A model generated the notes under the pieces. That model searched no databases. It was not told where the DNA came from and saw only the letters and a list, made by a program, of their open reading frames with translations. 64,000 bases of DNA from Marsupella aquatica (taxonomy: Eukaryota > Plantae > Marchantiophyta). Position numbers and translations under genes: made by a program. The DNA lies in assembly GCA_973895155.1 (NCBI GenBank), contig OZ316894.1, positions 15,492,699-15,556,698 on the forward strand, in the 5' to 3' direction. Shown here piece after piece: positions 12,403-25,039 of this stretch (its first letter is position 1; each line of letters starts with the position of its first letter).

Positions 12403-13047
12403 TTGGGGGGCGAATTGATGAAGGTTGACTCATGGGACACCAATATTTTGTATGATTGTGTGTTTATTTTCAGAAGAGCCATAGATGGAAGACTGGAATT
12501 GATTGAAGCCACTCAAGATGATGAATTTGATGCCAATTTTATTCCCCCATTACTAAAGGAACATCACATTAAGGAGGAAATATTGGAGAAGAAACTTGAG
12601 TATCAATTAAGGAAAGCGTTGGATAAATTAAAAGGGAATCCATTGTGGAGAAACCAACTCGATTATGTTTTAATAGAGTTTTATCAGGATAATCCCAATT
12701 TAATACTCCGGGAGGAAAGACCGATTATGACCTCCAATAGAAGGGAGCTGGTTGACACATGTAAGTGGCATGCCAAAAGTGGATGGGCTTTGTTAAAATG
12801 GAGGGATTCAAGTACAGAAAGAGCATCCTTTAAATGGACCTCCACCCTCCCTCAATGTTCTAAATTGACAGATGTAATAGTCTTTAAGAGAGTTTGGATT
12901 GATGATGAGGAATATAAGTTGCAGCCCATTAAGGAAGAACATGATTTAGAATTTGTAATAAGCAAGAATGGTCAAATTAGTAACTGGGTTACTGAAGAAG
13001 AAGAACTGAAAATCAAGGAGGTGTTGGGAAAAATTACACATTGTTGA
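12403..13047 (+). CDS. Extra ORF upstream of gag in element B (unknown function, probably part of a longer decayed ORF)
   Basis: 214-codon open frame with protein-like composition between the PBS and gag. No recognised motif. Confidence 0.5.
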   Translation: MGGELMKVDSWDTNILYDCVFIFRRAIDGRLELIEATQDDEFDANFIPPLLKEHHIKEEILEKKLEYQLRKALDKLKGNPLWRNQLDYVLIEFYQDNPNLILREERPIMTSNRRELVDTCKWHAKSGWALLKWRDSSTERASFKWTSTLPQCSKLTDVIVFKRVWIDDEEYKLQPIKEEHDLEFVISKNGQISNWVTEEEELKIKEVLGKITHC

Positions 13048-13846
13048 ACACCCTTGGGTGGATGCCATGGACACTCTAGAAAATTTGTTGAATAACTACC
13101 GGACCTCAGCATAAAAGAGGACAACATAGAGGGGATTTCCCCAAATTAAAACCTTGATTCTAACTTTGAATAAGCAATTTGGTAAAATAATTGAAATGCC
13201 TCTGATCAGGTCTTTAGGCACTTTGAGAGTAAGGAATTTGCATAATTGGTATGTTCAAACATGGGTACTATCCCTAAGAGGAAGGAGGGGTGTTCATTGG
13301 TTAAGTATTACCTGGTGGGAAGGAGGAGTTTTGCATCTGGTTATTTTAAAGTTAAATGGTAGAGTTACTGGAGAGGAGTATATCCTTATCTCCATACAAG
13401 AATTAGCTAGAAAAATATTGCAAAATCAAAATAGAAGACTCAGATAAGGAAGGACGAGCCAAAGTTGGTTGTAAACCAATCAGGGGAGAGACACCTTCCA
13501 AGGGGCACCACCGTAATATGAGGAGACGCCTTACAGGTAAAACGTTACGAGGGTACAACTCTACGGTTTTACGGGGCTACGCCTTTACGTCTCTACGACT
13601 TTACGTTTTTACGAGTTTACGGGTTGACATTTTCGAGGTTGAGGAGTTACGAGTCAAGGTTGCGTCTCTTCGACTCGCGACTGAGTCTTCTGACTGTTTG
13701 GACATACCGCCCATAAGACCCCAGCGGAAAAGGCACGATACCAAGGGACGCGATTCTTCCTGCTAGGGGAGACGGTTCAAGAAAGACTAAGGGTCAACCC
13801 GACGCCATAGCCTACCACCAAGGAAGATCAACCCTTAGAATGTGGG

Positions 13847-15979
13847 ATGTCGGATAAAGGGAAGCGAAGTTGGAGATTAAGACAAGAAGAAAAAGCAGGA
13901 TCAGAAGCCCCACCAGATCCCCTTAATCCTAGGAAACTATTGCCCGAATTCCAATCCCCAGATTACCCAACACCGGGACATGTAGCGGAAAGAGTCACCC
14001 TGATCCAGCAAAGTGAAACAGAGGGAACAGTACAGAATCCAACAACAAGTCGACCTGTAATTTATAAATTACGCTCCAGAGATGTGCAGTACATTTCACC
14101 CAAGCCTAATAAGAAAGGAGTTGACATTGTCAAACCGTTAAGAAGAACGCAAAGCTTGGATGAATATGAGGGTACACCTGCGTTGCAGATAATAGGAACA
14201 GAAAAGATTACCAATACAAGGCATGAAAGTATAATTGGAGGAGGAATTCAGCAAATTGAATCTTTAAAATTTAATTCTGACTCACCTTCACTTCAGAGAA
14301 CGCCCATTGGAGAATCTGCAAAATTAGCAGAGATACCTCCCTCGCTTGGTTATGGAAGTGCTAGCAGCAGCCTTAGCACAATAAGCACTCCCAATTCCTT
14401 AAATTCAACTTCACCATTGACATCTCGAGGATCAGTCACCAGTACTAGTTCACAATCTTTGGGGACCACTCCTCCAATCAATTTAATCCTGGTTCCTATA
14501 AGGAGAACTCAAATGGCTCGAAACAATATTCGCTATGATACCTTTAAAGGAACATCCAAGGAGGATGCTGAAACCTTCCTAAAAGAATTTGAAGCTGCAG
14601 CCACCTCAAATGGGCAAACCCAAGACGTTGAGAAAGCCACAATTTTTGGAGGATTATTAAAGAAGAACGCCCAAAAATGGTATGATCGATTCCCAGACAA
14701 AAATGATTGGGGAAAAATGAAGACCAGTTTTCTGGACAAGTATAAGGAGGATGGTGTTGAGGCGAGAGCCTTTGCCAGAATTTCTCAACTCACCATGAAG
14801 AAACATGGATCGGTCAGGAAGTATGTAGATAAATTATTGGACCTGGTGGATAAATATAACCCAAATACAGCTAAATCTACCATGAGAGATTGGTTTATCA
14901 ACGGTCTTCCCTCCCAAATAGCACGATATGTAAGAAGGGAAGGTGGTACAACTTTCAAAGAGGCATAGGAAGCCGCACAAAAATATGTGGACTCTGAAGT
15001 CTCTGAGAAGAAACGAGTTAAAAAGGACTTGAAAAATGGCAAAAAGAAAAAGAAAAAGAAAAAGAAAAAGACAAAGTCTTCATCAAGCTCAGAGTCTGAT
15101 GATAGTGACACCACCAGTACTGAGGGAACAAGTTCCAACTCAAGCTCTACCAGTAGTACAAGCTGCAGCTCAAGTTCTGATGATGCAGATACCAAGACAA
15201 AAAGGATGCAGAAAAGCACAGTACCTCAAAAAGCCAAGACCTTGGATAAAATGATGGATTCCTTAACTAGTAAGTTGACCAAACTCTCTGTGAATGCTGC
15301 CATATTTAAACCAACCATGAAATTTCCACCCACCATCCGAAACAATGTTTGGTGCACACGCTGTAATAACCAAGGACACTATCACCATGAGTGCCCCACA
15401 TTGCAACGAGCTGTCAATTATGGAGAAGAGGAAGAGTTGTTAGATTATGGAGAAATCTATGCGGTCCAAGCACCATTTGCAGGACAATACTTTCCCCCTG
15501 CTGCAGGACCTTCCTCGTATAATCGACCAATGCCAAGACCACCGATGGGACCTCCTGGAGGATACCCACCTAGGGGGGCACCAAGAGTACAAGGGACTTG
15601 TTATAATTGTGGTCAACCAGGGCATTATTCACCGGAGTGTCCGTACCCAAAGAGAGAAGTAGGATACACTCCAATTTGTGGCAACTGTGGAAAAGAAGGA
15701 CACCTTCCCCTGGAGTGTCCAAACCCATCAAAACCAAAGATGATAGTGAGATTTGCTAAGGATCTTGTGAAGGAAGCACCCAGGCCTGAGGAGGTAAGAA
15801 TGATCTACAGTCAGGAAAACATGGAACAATGTAGTCATGTGGCCATAGAAACAGAAAGAGAAGAAAAGGTGCACAACATTTATGCACAGAATCTATCAGG
15901 CACCATTCCAGATGTTGAAGTGGAACACTTACTACAAGATCATGTTGCGGGGATGCCCAACCAACGAGTCCAAGAATGA
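13847..15979 (+). pseudogene. gag: Element B gag with three CCHC zinc knuckles
   Basis: Capsid-like FKGTSKEDAETFLKEF...WFINGLP, plus CTRCNNQGHYHHEC, CYNCGQPGHYSPEC and CGNCGKEGHLPLEC. One in-frame TAG at 14966. Confidence 0.9.
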
Positions 15980-16228
15980 GACCGTGTTCTGGAAACTTAC
16001 GCAACTACCAGATCCAAGTCTCATCACGAAAAGAAACATATTGAGGACGGGTCTAAGCAGAAGAAATCATCCAAAAAGAAGAGCAAGACAAGGATACCAG
16101 CAGAGGAAGGAATCCCAAAAGAAGATGACCTAGCGTATGACAGGTATGACCCCAAGTACTTCCAGCCAGATATATCTGAAGAGATTAAAACTCAAATACA
16201 TGAGTTAACTGAGGATACACCCCTGCTA

Positions 16229-19200
16229 GTGGAACGGAAGGAAATGCCTGCAGAGATAAAGAGGCCCGAGTCCAAGCTGTCCATGGTACCAACACTCAGG
16301 CCGAAAGGGTATGATATCGTGGACGTCGTTAAAAACCAACCTGCCAACATTACAATTGGGGAACTATTAGAAGACAATCCCACTTATAAAAAGCAGTTAA
16401 GGACCTTGCTGACAGGAAGGAGGAAAAGAACGAAACTACCTTCTGTCGAGGCCTTGAGACTAGAATGGGAGGATAAGGGACCTCCAGAAATTGAAGTCCA
16501 GATCATGGGGTGTGTAATACCCGAAGTACCAGTGGACGGTGGGTCAAGTGTAAACATCATGACCGAGGAAACAACATTCAACATTGGAATCCATAAATTC
16601 GAGAAGACCTTGCAAGTACTACGAATGGCAGATCAATCCAGAGTAGTACCCGTGGGAAAACTTATTGGTCTCGATCCAGTTATTGGAGGACTGACCTTCT
16701 CTTTAGATTTTGTAGTTCTTCGACCTGAAGTTCCCTCCTCCTATCCTCTGCTCTTAGGTAGACCTTGGTTATTTAAGGCCAAAGTCAAGGTTGATTGGCA
16801 CCAACGACGGATGTCCTTTGGGAAACCAAGAGTCACTATCAGCTGGGTAGATGAACCTTATTTAGGCGAAACCCAATCAGATGATGGGTACACCTCTGAT
16901 TTTTTGGATTCTACCCTCCTTATCAAAGCCCCCAAGTTTGAACCCCTGGAAGTCGGATATCTGGATATCCTAGAGGTAGAGGGTGACACACCAAGTGAAG
17001 GGACCCTCACACCTGTCTCCTGACATGAGGAGAGGGCAGAGGAAGAAACCAGGATGGGAAACTCGGACATAAACAAGACGCTCTTCTGGGATGACATTTC
17101 ACCAAATGAAACCGATGGAATTGTCGACCTTCGAAAATGCCAGAAGATTGAGATAGAACCAGGAAAATTTTTAAATATCAGTAATCATATTGAAGGGGAG
17201 TTGAGAGAGAAATCTATTGATTTGCTGACTCAGTATAAGGATGTGTTTGCCTGGAGCCATAAGGATTTAAAAGGAATACCACCTCACCTAGGAGAGCACG
17301 AAATTGATTTAATGGAAGGAGCAGTGCCAGTAAGGCAAAGACAGTATCGTTTAAACCCAAAATATTCCATGCTTGTCAAAGAGGAACTTGATAAGTTAAC
17401 CAATGCTGGTTTTATTTACCCAGTACTTAGCAGTGAGTGGGTTTCACCCATTGTAATTGTTCCAAAGGAACCCGGACCAAATGGGAAGCCAAAAATCCGA
17501 GTATGTCAAGATTTCAGGAAGCTGAATGCAGCTACTAGGAAGGACCATTATCCCTTGCCATTCATAGACCTTGTGTTGGATATGGTTGCTCTCCATGAAC
17601 TTTATAGTTTCCTAGATGGGTACTCTGGCTATAACCAAGTATCAATTCGAGAGGAGGACAGAGATAAAACTACTTTTACCACCGACTAGGGAACTTATGC
17701 TTTCCGTGTTATGCCCTTCGGACTCTGTAATGCACCTGGGACTTTCCAAAGGATTATGATGATCATTTTCCAGGATTTTCTCAGAAAATTTCTGGAAATC
17801 TTTATAGATGATTTTTGCGTTTATGGATCAGCCAACCAACACCTGGATCATTTACGACAAACATTCTAGTGCTGCAGAGAGTCGCAGTTCTATCTACATC
17901 CTGAGAAATGTTTCATTGGCATGAAGGAAGGTATTCTACTAGGACATGTTATCTCACAAAGAGGAATTGAGGTGGATGTGGAGAAAGTTCGGGTTATTTT
18001 GGCATTACACCCCCCTGGGAATTTGAAGGAGTTGCGAGGCTTCCTGGGCTATGTGGGGTATTACAGACAATTTATACGGAAGTATGCTGACCTTGGCATG
18101 CCCTTGACTCAGTTTCTCAAAAAGGAAGCGGAATATGTGTGGACTGACGACAGGCAAAAAGCTTTTGAAGTTTTAAAAACCAAACTAACTGTTGCACCCA
18201 TTCTACAACCGCCGGATTGGCAGAAACCTTTTCATGTTTATATTGATGCCTCAGCTTTTTGTGTTGGAGCTGCCTTGAGTCAATTAGATGATGACAAGAA
18301 AGATCACCCAATATATTACGCCAGCAGGCAAATGAATAGTGCTGGAAAAAATTATACGCTCACAGAGAGGGAGGCCTTAGCGGTCATTTTCTCTTGTAAA
18401 AAGTTCAGACACTATCTTTTGGGTTATAAAACCATTTTCCATACGGATCATTCTTCCCTAAAATACCTGGTGAATCAGGCAGATTTAAGTGGGCGCATCG
18501 CTAGGTGGGTACTTCTTTTACAAGAATATGATTATGAGGTACAGGTTCGAGCCGGGAAACACCATGAGAATGCAGACTTCTTATCACGACTTCCTGGAGA
18601 TCCTAGTGTTGAACCTTTGTCTGATCAATTTCCGGACGAGCAGCTATGGCATTTGGAAGGAGAAGAATCAAGGTACTTTGACATTGTTCAGATGCTTACT
18701 CATGGATTCTATCCACCAGGCTTGAATGCAGAAGAAAAAGCTGTTTTCCTATACAAAGTCGGACCATATACTATCGTGAGAGGTGTTTTGTTTAAATTAT
18801 TACCAAATCAGAGACTTCATCGTTGCTTGGAAGCTCAAGAAGTTCCAAAAGTAATTTCAGCCTTACACACTGAAGCCTCTGGTGGACACTATGCCATTAA
18901 TACAACTGTTAAGAAAATTAAGGATGCTGGATTTTGGTGGCCTACCATGCACAAGGACACTTATAACTACATTCAAAGCTGTGACCCTTGTCAACGCATA
19001 GGGAAGCCTATGGCCACATCAAAATGACCTTTAACTCCCATTTTACCTCTATCTCCATTTGAAAAATGGGGGATAGACTTTATTGGCCCCATTTCCCCTG
19101 TTGCTAGACGAAGTAGAAGCAGATATATCATTCTTGCTACGGACTACCTCACCAAATGGGTGGAGGCTAAGCATACTAGGAAGAATGATGTTGCCACAGC

Positions 19201-19937
19201 CGCCAGTTTCTTATTTGAAAACATTATTACCAGGTATGGCTGCCCTTTGGAATTGGTAAGTGATCGAGGCCTCCACTTCCTTAATGAGACAATTGAGCTC
19301 ATTACTGAGAAATATTTGATTAAGCATCAAGACCACACCTTATAACCCCAGAGCTAATGGACTGATTGAGAGAGCTAACGGGTTAATGGGAAAAATATTG
19401 AATAAAATGGTGGAAGCACATAAAACTGATTGGGATATCAAACTCCACTCTGCTTTATGGGCTTACAGAACCGCAGGAAAGATTACTACCTTGAGAACAC
19501 CATTCTACTTAACTTTTGGTATGCATAGTGTTACCCCTATTGAATTTGAATTACCTACTGAGCGGCTTCTGATCTCAGAAAGATTACCTGAGCCGGATAG
19601 CTTCCACATTAGGCTGGAAACTCTAGATGAGTTAGAAGAGCATAGGCTTTTGGCCTTAGAACAGGCCCATCATCAACAGGACAAACGGAAAGAGGCTTAT
19701 GATAAAAAGCTGAGAACACCTGCTCTACAACCGGGAGATTTGGCACTTGTTTACGACTCCAGGTATATGTTTTTCCCTGGGAAACTCCACACTCACTGGA
19801 TAGGGCCTTACAAAGTGGTTACTGTATGGCCAAATGGGTCTTTAACCTTGGAAACCTTGGATGGAGAACCTCTTGCAACAAGAATCAATGGTTTCAGGGT
19901 GAAGAAATATTATTTACCTCATTCTGAAGGCTTGTGA
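16229..19937 (+). pseudogene. pol: Element B pol: protease, RT, RNase H, integrase
   Basis: VDGGSSVNIM (PR), LDGYSGYNQ and FIDDF (RT), YIDAS...TDH (RH), GGH...CDPC, WGIDF and SDRG (INT), HWIGPY. Several stops and a frameshift. Confidence 0.95.
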
Positions 19938-19953
19938 GGGCACGGCGCCGTTT

Positions 19954-19963
19954 GAGGAGAGGG
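19954..19963 (+). promoter_or_regulatory. Polypurine tract of element B
   Basis: GAGGAGAGGG, 3 nt before the 3' LTR. Confidence 0.8.
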
Positions 19964-19966
19964 CTA

Positions 19967-22900
19967 TGTGAGTATTGGGTAATACCAAAAACCTGAAATT
20001 ACTGAAAAATTTTAAACTTTTTATAGTGTTTAAGCCTGCTGTTGCTGTTAAAGTGCCAAGTGTAAACTACGGGTATACTTTATAACGGGATTATGCATTT
20101 ACGCGTATAAGCGTTACGGGTTTACGGGTTTACAATGTTACGAGTTTATGCCGATACGGGATTACGGTTTACGCCTTACGCATTTAAGGAAAGTTCACGT
20201 TACGGCGCTACGGCTAACTTCGCAACGGGACTTAGCAACGGAACGGGGACTTCATGCCTTGATAGGAACCAGGCACAAAGTTCAGGCGCTCACTCTCATC
20301 TCTTCACCACCCCTATTCACTTGCTCTTTCCCTTCGAAAGTAACCTTCGCAGCACGCAAATTATCATTGCAGCTATGGCGAACCTGGGTGCTGAGGAACA
20401 ATATCAAATTGAAGCTCTAGCAGTCTCAAAAGTAGTGGCAGCTCATATACCACAAGCGCCTGATAGTCTTTCTAATTTACAAGACTCTTTACAGCACTTA
20501 GGATTGGAACGCTTACTCAAGATTCCCTGGAATGTCGAGCTCGACTCCTACTTGCAAGATTTTGTAAAGGGGACTATCATCCCGATTGAATTCAGGCGAA
20601 CGATTCGAGCTCGCCCCAGCCTATGGACTATTGAGCAAATTGCTTATGCCTTTGGATGCCCGTCAGAAGGAGAGGCGTTATATTCCAAGAAGCAGGACTT
20701 ATCTACTCCATACTTCTCAGGAACTCAAAATCTCAAAAATGGCTGGAACTTGTCCTAGTGTACTTATCCTAAATTGAGAGTGCTCATGGAATTTCTAGTA
20801 CCCATTCTTCATCCAAAAAATCCAACCCTTTGTCCTATGGCCTTGGCTAACACTATTGTAGCTGCTCACAGTGGAGCTATAAAAGTAAATTGGGCCCTAC
20901 TTCTGTTTAATGTAATGAAGGATCAAGTAAGGAGTTTGGAATCGGGGAGGACCACTTGCTTGCAAAATTATCTCTCTTAGCTCTATTATGCCCATGACTG
21001 TTTACATCTTGAGGAAGAGACAGAGATGGGGTTACTCCTAATTGACCTGGGTATTGAAAAAGAAATTCCCATGGAAGACATTGTACATGTCACCCCATTG
21101 AATTTGAATGATCAGAACGTTGAGGAGAATGCTGATGTTCCTATGGAGGATACTTCATTAGAAGTCCCTACACATTCTCCTATGCATAGCAGGGAAATTG
21201 TTTGCCAATCAATAAGTAATGAGAATACCCCTAGCCGGACTATGGATGCAGATCCACTAGAAGCTGAAGAAGTAAGGAGCATTCATCAACAAGACGATGT
21301 TGCTACACCAACTGATGCTACTCCTCATGTGACCACCGGGTCCACTCCTTCGAAGGCAGAGTCAAATCAACAGCTTATTGATAAGTTGACATCTCTCCTC
21401 AGTTGCAGTGATGATGGACTATATGATGCTGTTAATAATTTGAGAATGGAGGCTGTTAGTTTGAGATCACCATTTCATGATCAGCTAAGTCCTGTCAGAA
21501 TGACCTCTTCCCCAAGAGAACCAGCACCAATGGAGTTTGTGATTTGTACTCCTGTCACTGTACAACCCCCTCCCCTAGAAACAAGTGAACCTGTTCCAGT
21601 ATCAGATAGTACCAGTTGTGTGGCCATTGTGGATGACTTGCTAGAAATACTTCAGTGTGAACCTCGACAGATAGCATCTGTGGTCAGCAACTTGATCCAA
21701 CAATGTCCAACTGCTAGTCCCACTCCTAGCCTAGGTTCGCAACATTACAACCCTGATTCCAACTATGAACCCACTGAAGGACCCACCTACAATCGGTCAC
21801 AATATGAGCATCCTTATGTCAAAGAGGACATGCCTGAAGACTCTGATCCACCCTCAGATGGTGAAACTTATAGATCTTATGATAATATTCTTGAGTCATC
21901 CCCAAGGCAGGGATTTGAAGATGTTGATACTGCCTTAAGATCCAATCCAAACTTAGTAGTAGTTGTCACCTCATCTACTTAGACACCTCGGAATGCCACC
22001 ATCGAGAGTAGATACCCGAGACATCTAGAGTCCCAAGTGCACAGGTATGTGGAGACCTGTAAGATAATGCAGGCCAACAGACCACCGGTTGGAGAGTTTT
22101 GGAGATACTACTATCTCAAAAAGATAGAGGCCAGTTATATCTTCGACCTCAGGTGTTTTGGAACTTCCAAAGTAGAGATGGCACAATTTGATGAGTTCTA
22201 GACTGACTCTCTCTACTTCCGACCTATTCTTGCTGTGATGCTACTTCAAGGAGATGTGGAGGTGGAGGATTTAGTTCTGGCATATTTTGGAAATTTGGCA
22301 GCTTATGCCCTAGATTTTGTGATTTCTTTTCTCATGCAGAGTAAGAAATCTACTTCTCCCCATAATGCTTACCTTCCTCGAGAACCCAAGGTTACCCTTG
22401 TTTCAACCAGCTCATTTGCTGAGAAACAGAGGATCTGGAACAATGTCACCTCTCAAACTTTGGCCAACTTCAACCGGTATTTCAGAGATGTCAAATGGAG
22501 GCTTCACCCTTTCTATTCTAGGATGCTGAACTCTGATGAATGCCTATATCATTATCCCCAAGTATATGCTGCTACTTGCAATAATTATGACGTGATTGGG
22601 ATATATAGAGAAGCTCTTCGAATAGACATATGTTATCTAAGGAAGAGAATGCCCCTGATGTATCCTGAGAGACAACTAAGATGCCTACCTTATTCCCGAG
22701 GATCCCCACGCCAGGCTGAGCTAATGGAAGTTACCCAGAATCGAACTGTCACGGCAGTGGAGCTACTCGAACCAAAAGACATTCGACAACAAGCTTGAGG
22801 AGTAATCTAAGTGTTTTTAGTTAGTTTTAAGAGTAGTGCATCTTTCCCTATTTTTCAAAATGTGTATAGAGCTTTAAAAGCTATGAAACTTCTTTAGTAT

Positions 22901-23978
22901 ATAGTCTATACATAGAGAAACTCACTGGAAAATTTTCAGAATTTTCCGAGCTAGGAGTAGAAAGTTAAAAATAGTTGAATTCGGTAAGTCTTTAAGTCTA
23001 CCGCATTCACCGGATTACGCCTTTACGTTTTTATGCTTTTACAAGTTTACGTCTTTACGCTTTTATGCCTTTACGGGTTCTTACTTAGCCATTTCTCGGC
23101 TTTTCACTTACTGAATCGCTATTTTGACTTTTTGAGGAGTATGAAGAGGCATGTCTCTTCGACCCTATGACCTCTTACTTTGTAGATTTTTACTATAAGA
23201 AAAAGTTTAAGGAAAGTATAGCAATTTTTGCCTCTTCTTGGTGTTCAGCCAGTTGATCATGAATGTTAAGAGTTCAAGATCAAGTTTGACACCAAGAGAA
23301 GACTTCCCTCCTTCTTGTGGTTTATACTTTTGAATAAATCATAGGAAGTAAAATTCCTTTTGTGCAAATCTTTTGAGTTGTGATGACAGACTTCTTATTG
23401 GTGACTCATTACAATCTTCTGAGTTCTTAAAGTTAACTCATTGAGTTTATGTCTTAATGAATTTGATGGATTTTCTTTCATGATACTTAGTACCATCTAA
23501 ATGTTAAAGTAGTCACTCTTTTAGATTTTGTCTGAGTACCACTTAGAAAGAAAAGACAAGACGTGTTGACGGCACTTTAAAGGAGTACTCTAGTAAGCAT
23601 TTTAGACCTGAAAAGCAATATGGATTTGAATCCTTAAGTCTTTTCATTTTGACTTATGTCTAAGGAGCAACCTTGGTGAATTCCAGACTCCCTTAGCATA
23701 CTTTAAGATATTTTCCCTTGTGTTTTGTTAATCATTTCCTTTTCATTAATTTATGTTTACATGATGCTGAGATATCATTGAAAACTTCTCACCGCTGTGG
23801 AGCGATCTTCAAAATACCTTATTAAAGTAATCAAACTTGATTACTATGTGTAGAAAACATTTTTAGTTCTTTATTATTGTTTAAATCTATCAAACCAACC
23901 CCATCTTGTTCTTTACGGGAACGAATACCGAGTTTGGAGACCTTTAAGTATGTTTTTGGTTCTTCATAGCAAACTACA
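19967..23978 (+). repeat. 3' LTR of element B (4012 bp)
   Basis: Direct repeat of 7927-11936, followed by TSD GGGTC. Confidence 0.96.
20375..22798 (+). pseudogene. Second copy of the LTR-encoded accessory ORF
   Basis: Colinear with 8336-10765 and carries a different set of premature TAG stops. Confidence 0.8.
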
Positions 23979-23983
23979 GGGTC

Positions 23984-25034
23984 AAACACACTCCTGTAAG
24001 CTTGTGCACAAATTCAATCATCATCAAGCTTCTTTCACTGTCTTGGTGACAGCTTCAACCCGTACAAGGATCTCAGCAATCTGCAAACCAAATCCTCTTG
24101 CCCTCTCTTCACAAAACCTAGCGGTTGTCTCATGAGATCACCTTTTCCAAGGTGCCATAAAGGAAAGTTGTGACAACATCCATCTGATCTAGCAGTAGAC
24201 CAAACATAACAACAAGCACACACAATAGTCGTATTGTTGAGTACTTAGCAACTGGTGAGAAGACCTCATTGTAATCCACACATTTTTCTCGTGTGAATTC
24301 CTTGGCTCCCAACCTAGCCTTGTAGACCTTTGATCCACCTCACGTGGACTGATCTTTCAGCTTGTATATCCACTTGCTGTCCACCACTTGTTGTCCCTCA
24401 AGTAGCTTGACAAACTCCCAAGTTTTGTTATCCTTCAGTGACTACATCTTCGTTTGCAGTCCACTCCTGCTTCTCCTTAGAAGCACTTGCCTCATGAAAT
24501 GAAGAAGGCTCCCCTTCTTCCAAAATCAATGCATCACCCTCATCATCAATAACAAAATCCTCCTCTTGCAACTAAGATGAATCAATCCACTGTCCATACC
24601 TTAGTGGAGCGCGTATAGTGCAACCAGATGTTCTTCTAGCCAATGACTCTAGTTGATCTGCATGTGCTGGTACAATCTGAAGCTCAACAACATCCATTTG
24701 CTGCTCACCAGCATGAACAAACTCCTCTGGTTCCTCTGGCATAGGAACCAAATCCATAATTGGAGCAACTCCTTCTCTCCGGCCATGCACCTCATGACCA
24801 ATTTCCCCCTCAACAAGATCCAGTATAGGAGATTTTCCTTTGTCAATAGGGAGACCTGAGTATTCTCCGCCTCCAATAATCTAGATTCAATGAAGGAAAC
24901 ATCCCTATTGACAACCAACTTACAAGCAATAGGATCCCATAGCCTCTAGGACTTCACACCACTTTGGTATCTAAGAAAAATATATTTCTTGGAGGTAGGA
25001 TCTAACTTGGTCCTATTTTGCTTTGATGTGAGAG
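23984..25034 (-). pseudogene. pol: Copia integrase C-terminus, linker and RT N-terminal half
   Basis: TKLDPTSKKYIFL, VVNRDVSF, EPSSFHEA, DYNEVFSPVAK, QMDVVTTFL and LYGLKLSPRQ. Confidence 0.9.
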
Positions 25035-25039
25035 CATAT

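Larger units (their letters stand above)
7927..23978 (+). mobile_element. Full-length Ty3/gypsy element B (Athila-like PBS) with 4-kb LTRs
   Basis: TG...CA LTR pair, 5-bp TSD GGGTC (7922-7926 and 23979-23983), PBS, PPT, and gag-PR-RT-RH-INT order. Confidence 0.97.

Noticed and set aside
14785-15219. Antisense ORFs over gag/pol (here, and at 45801-47309 and 62168-62635)
   Set aside because: They are shadow frames of the sense retroelement genes.
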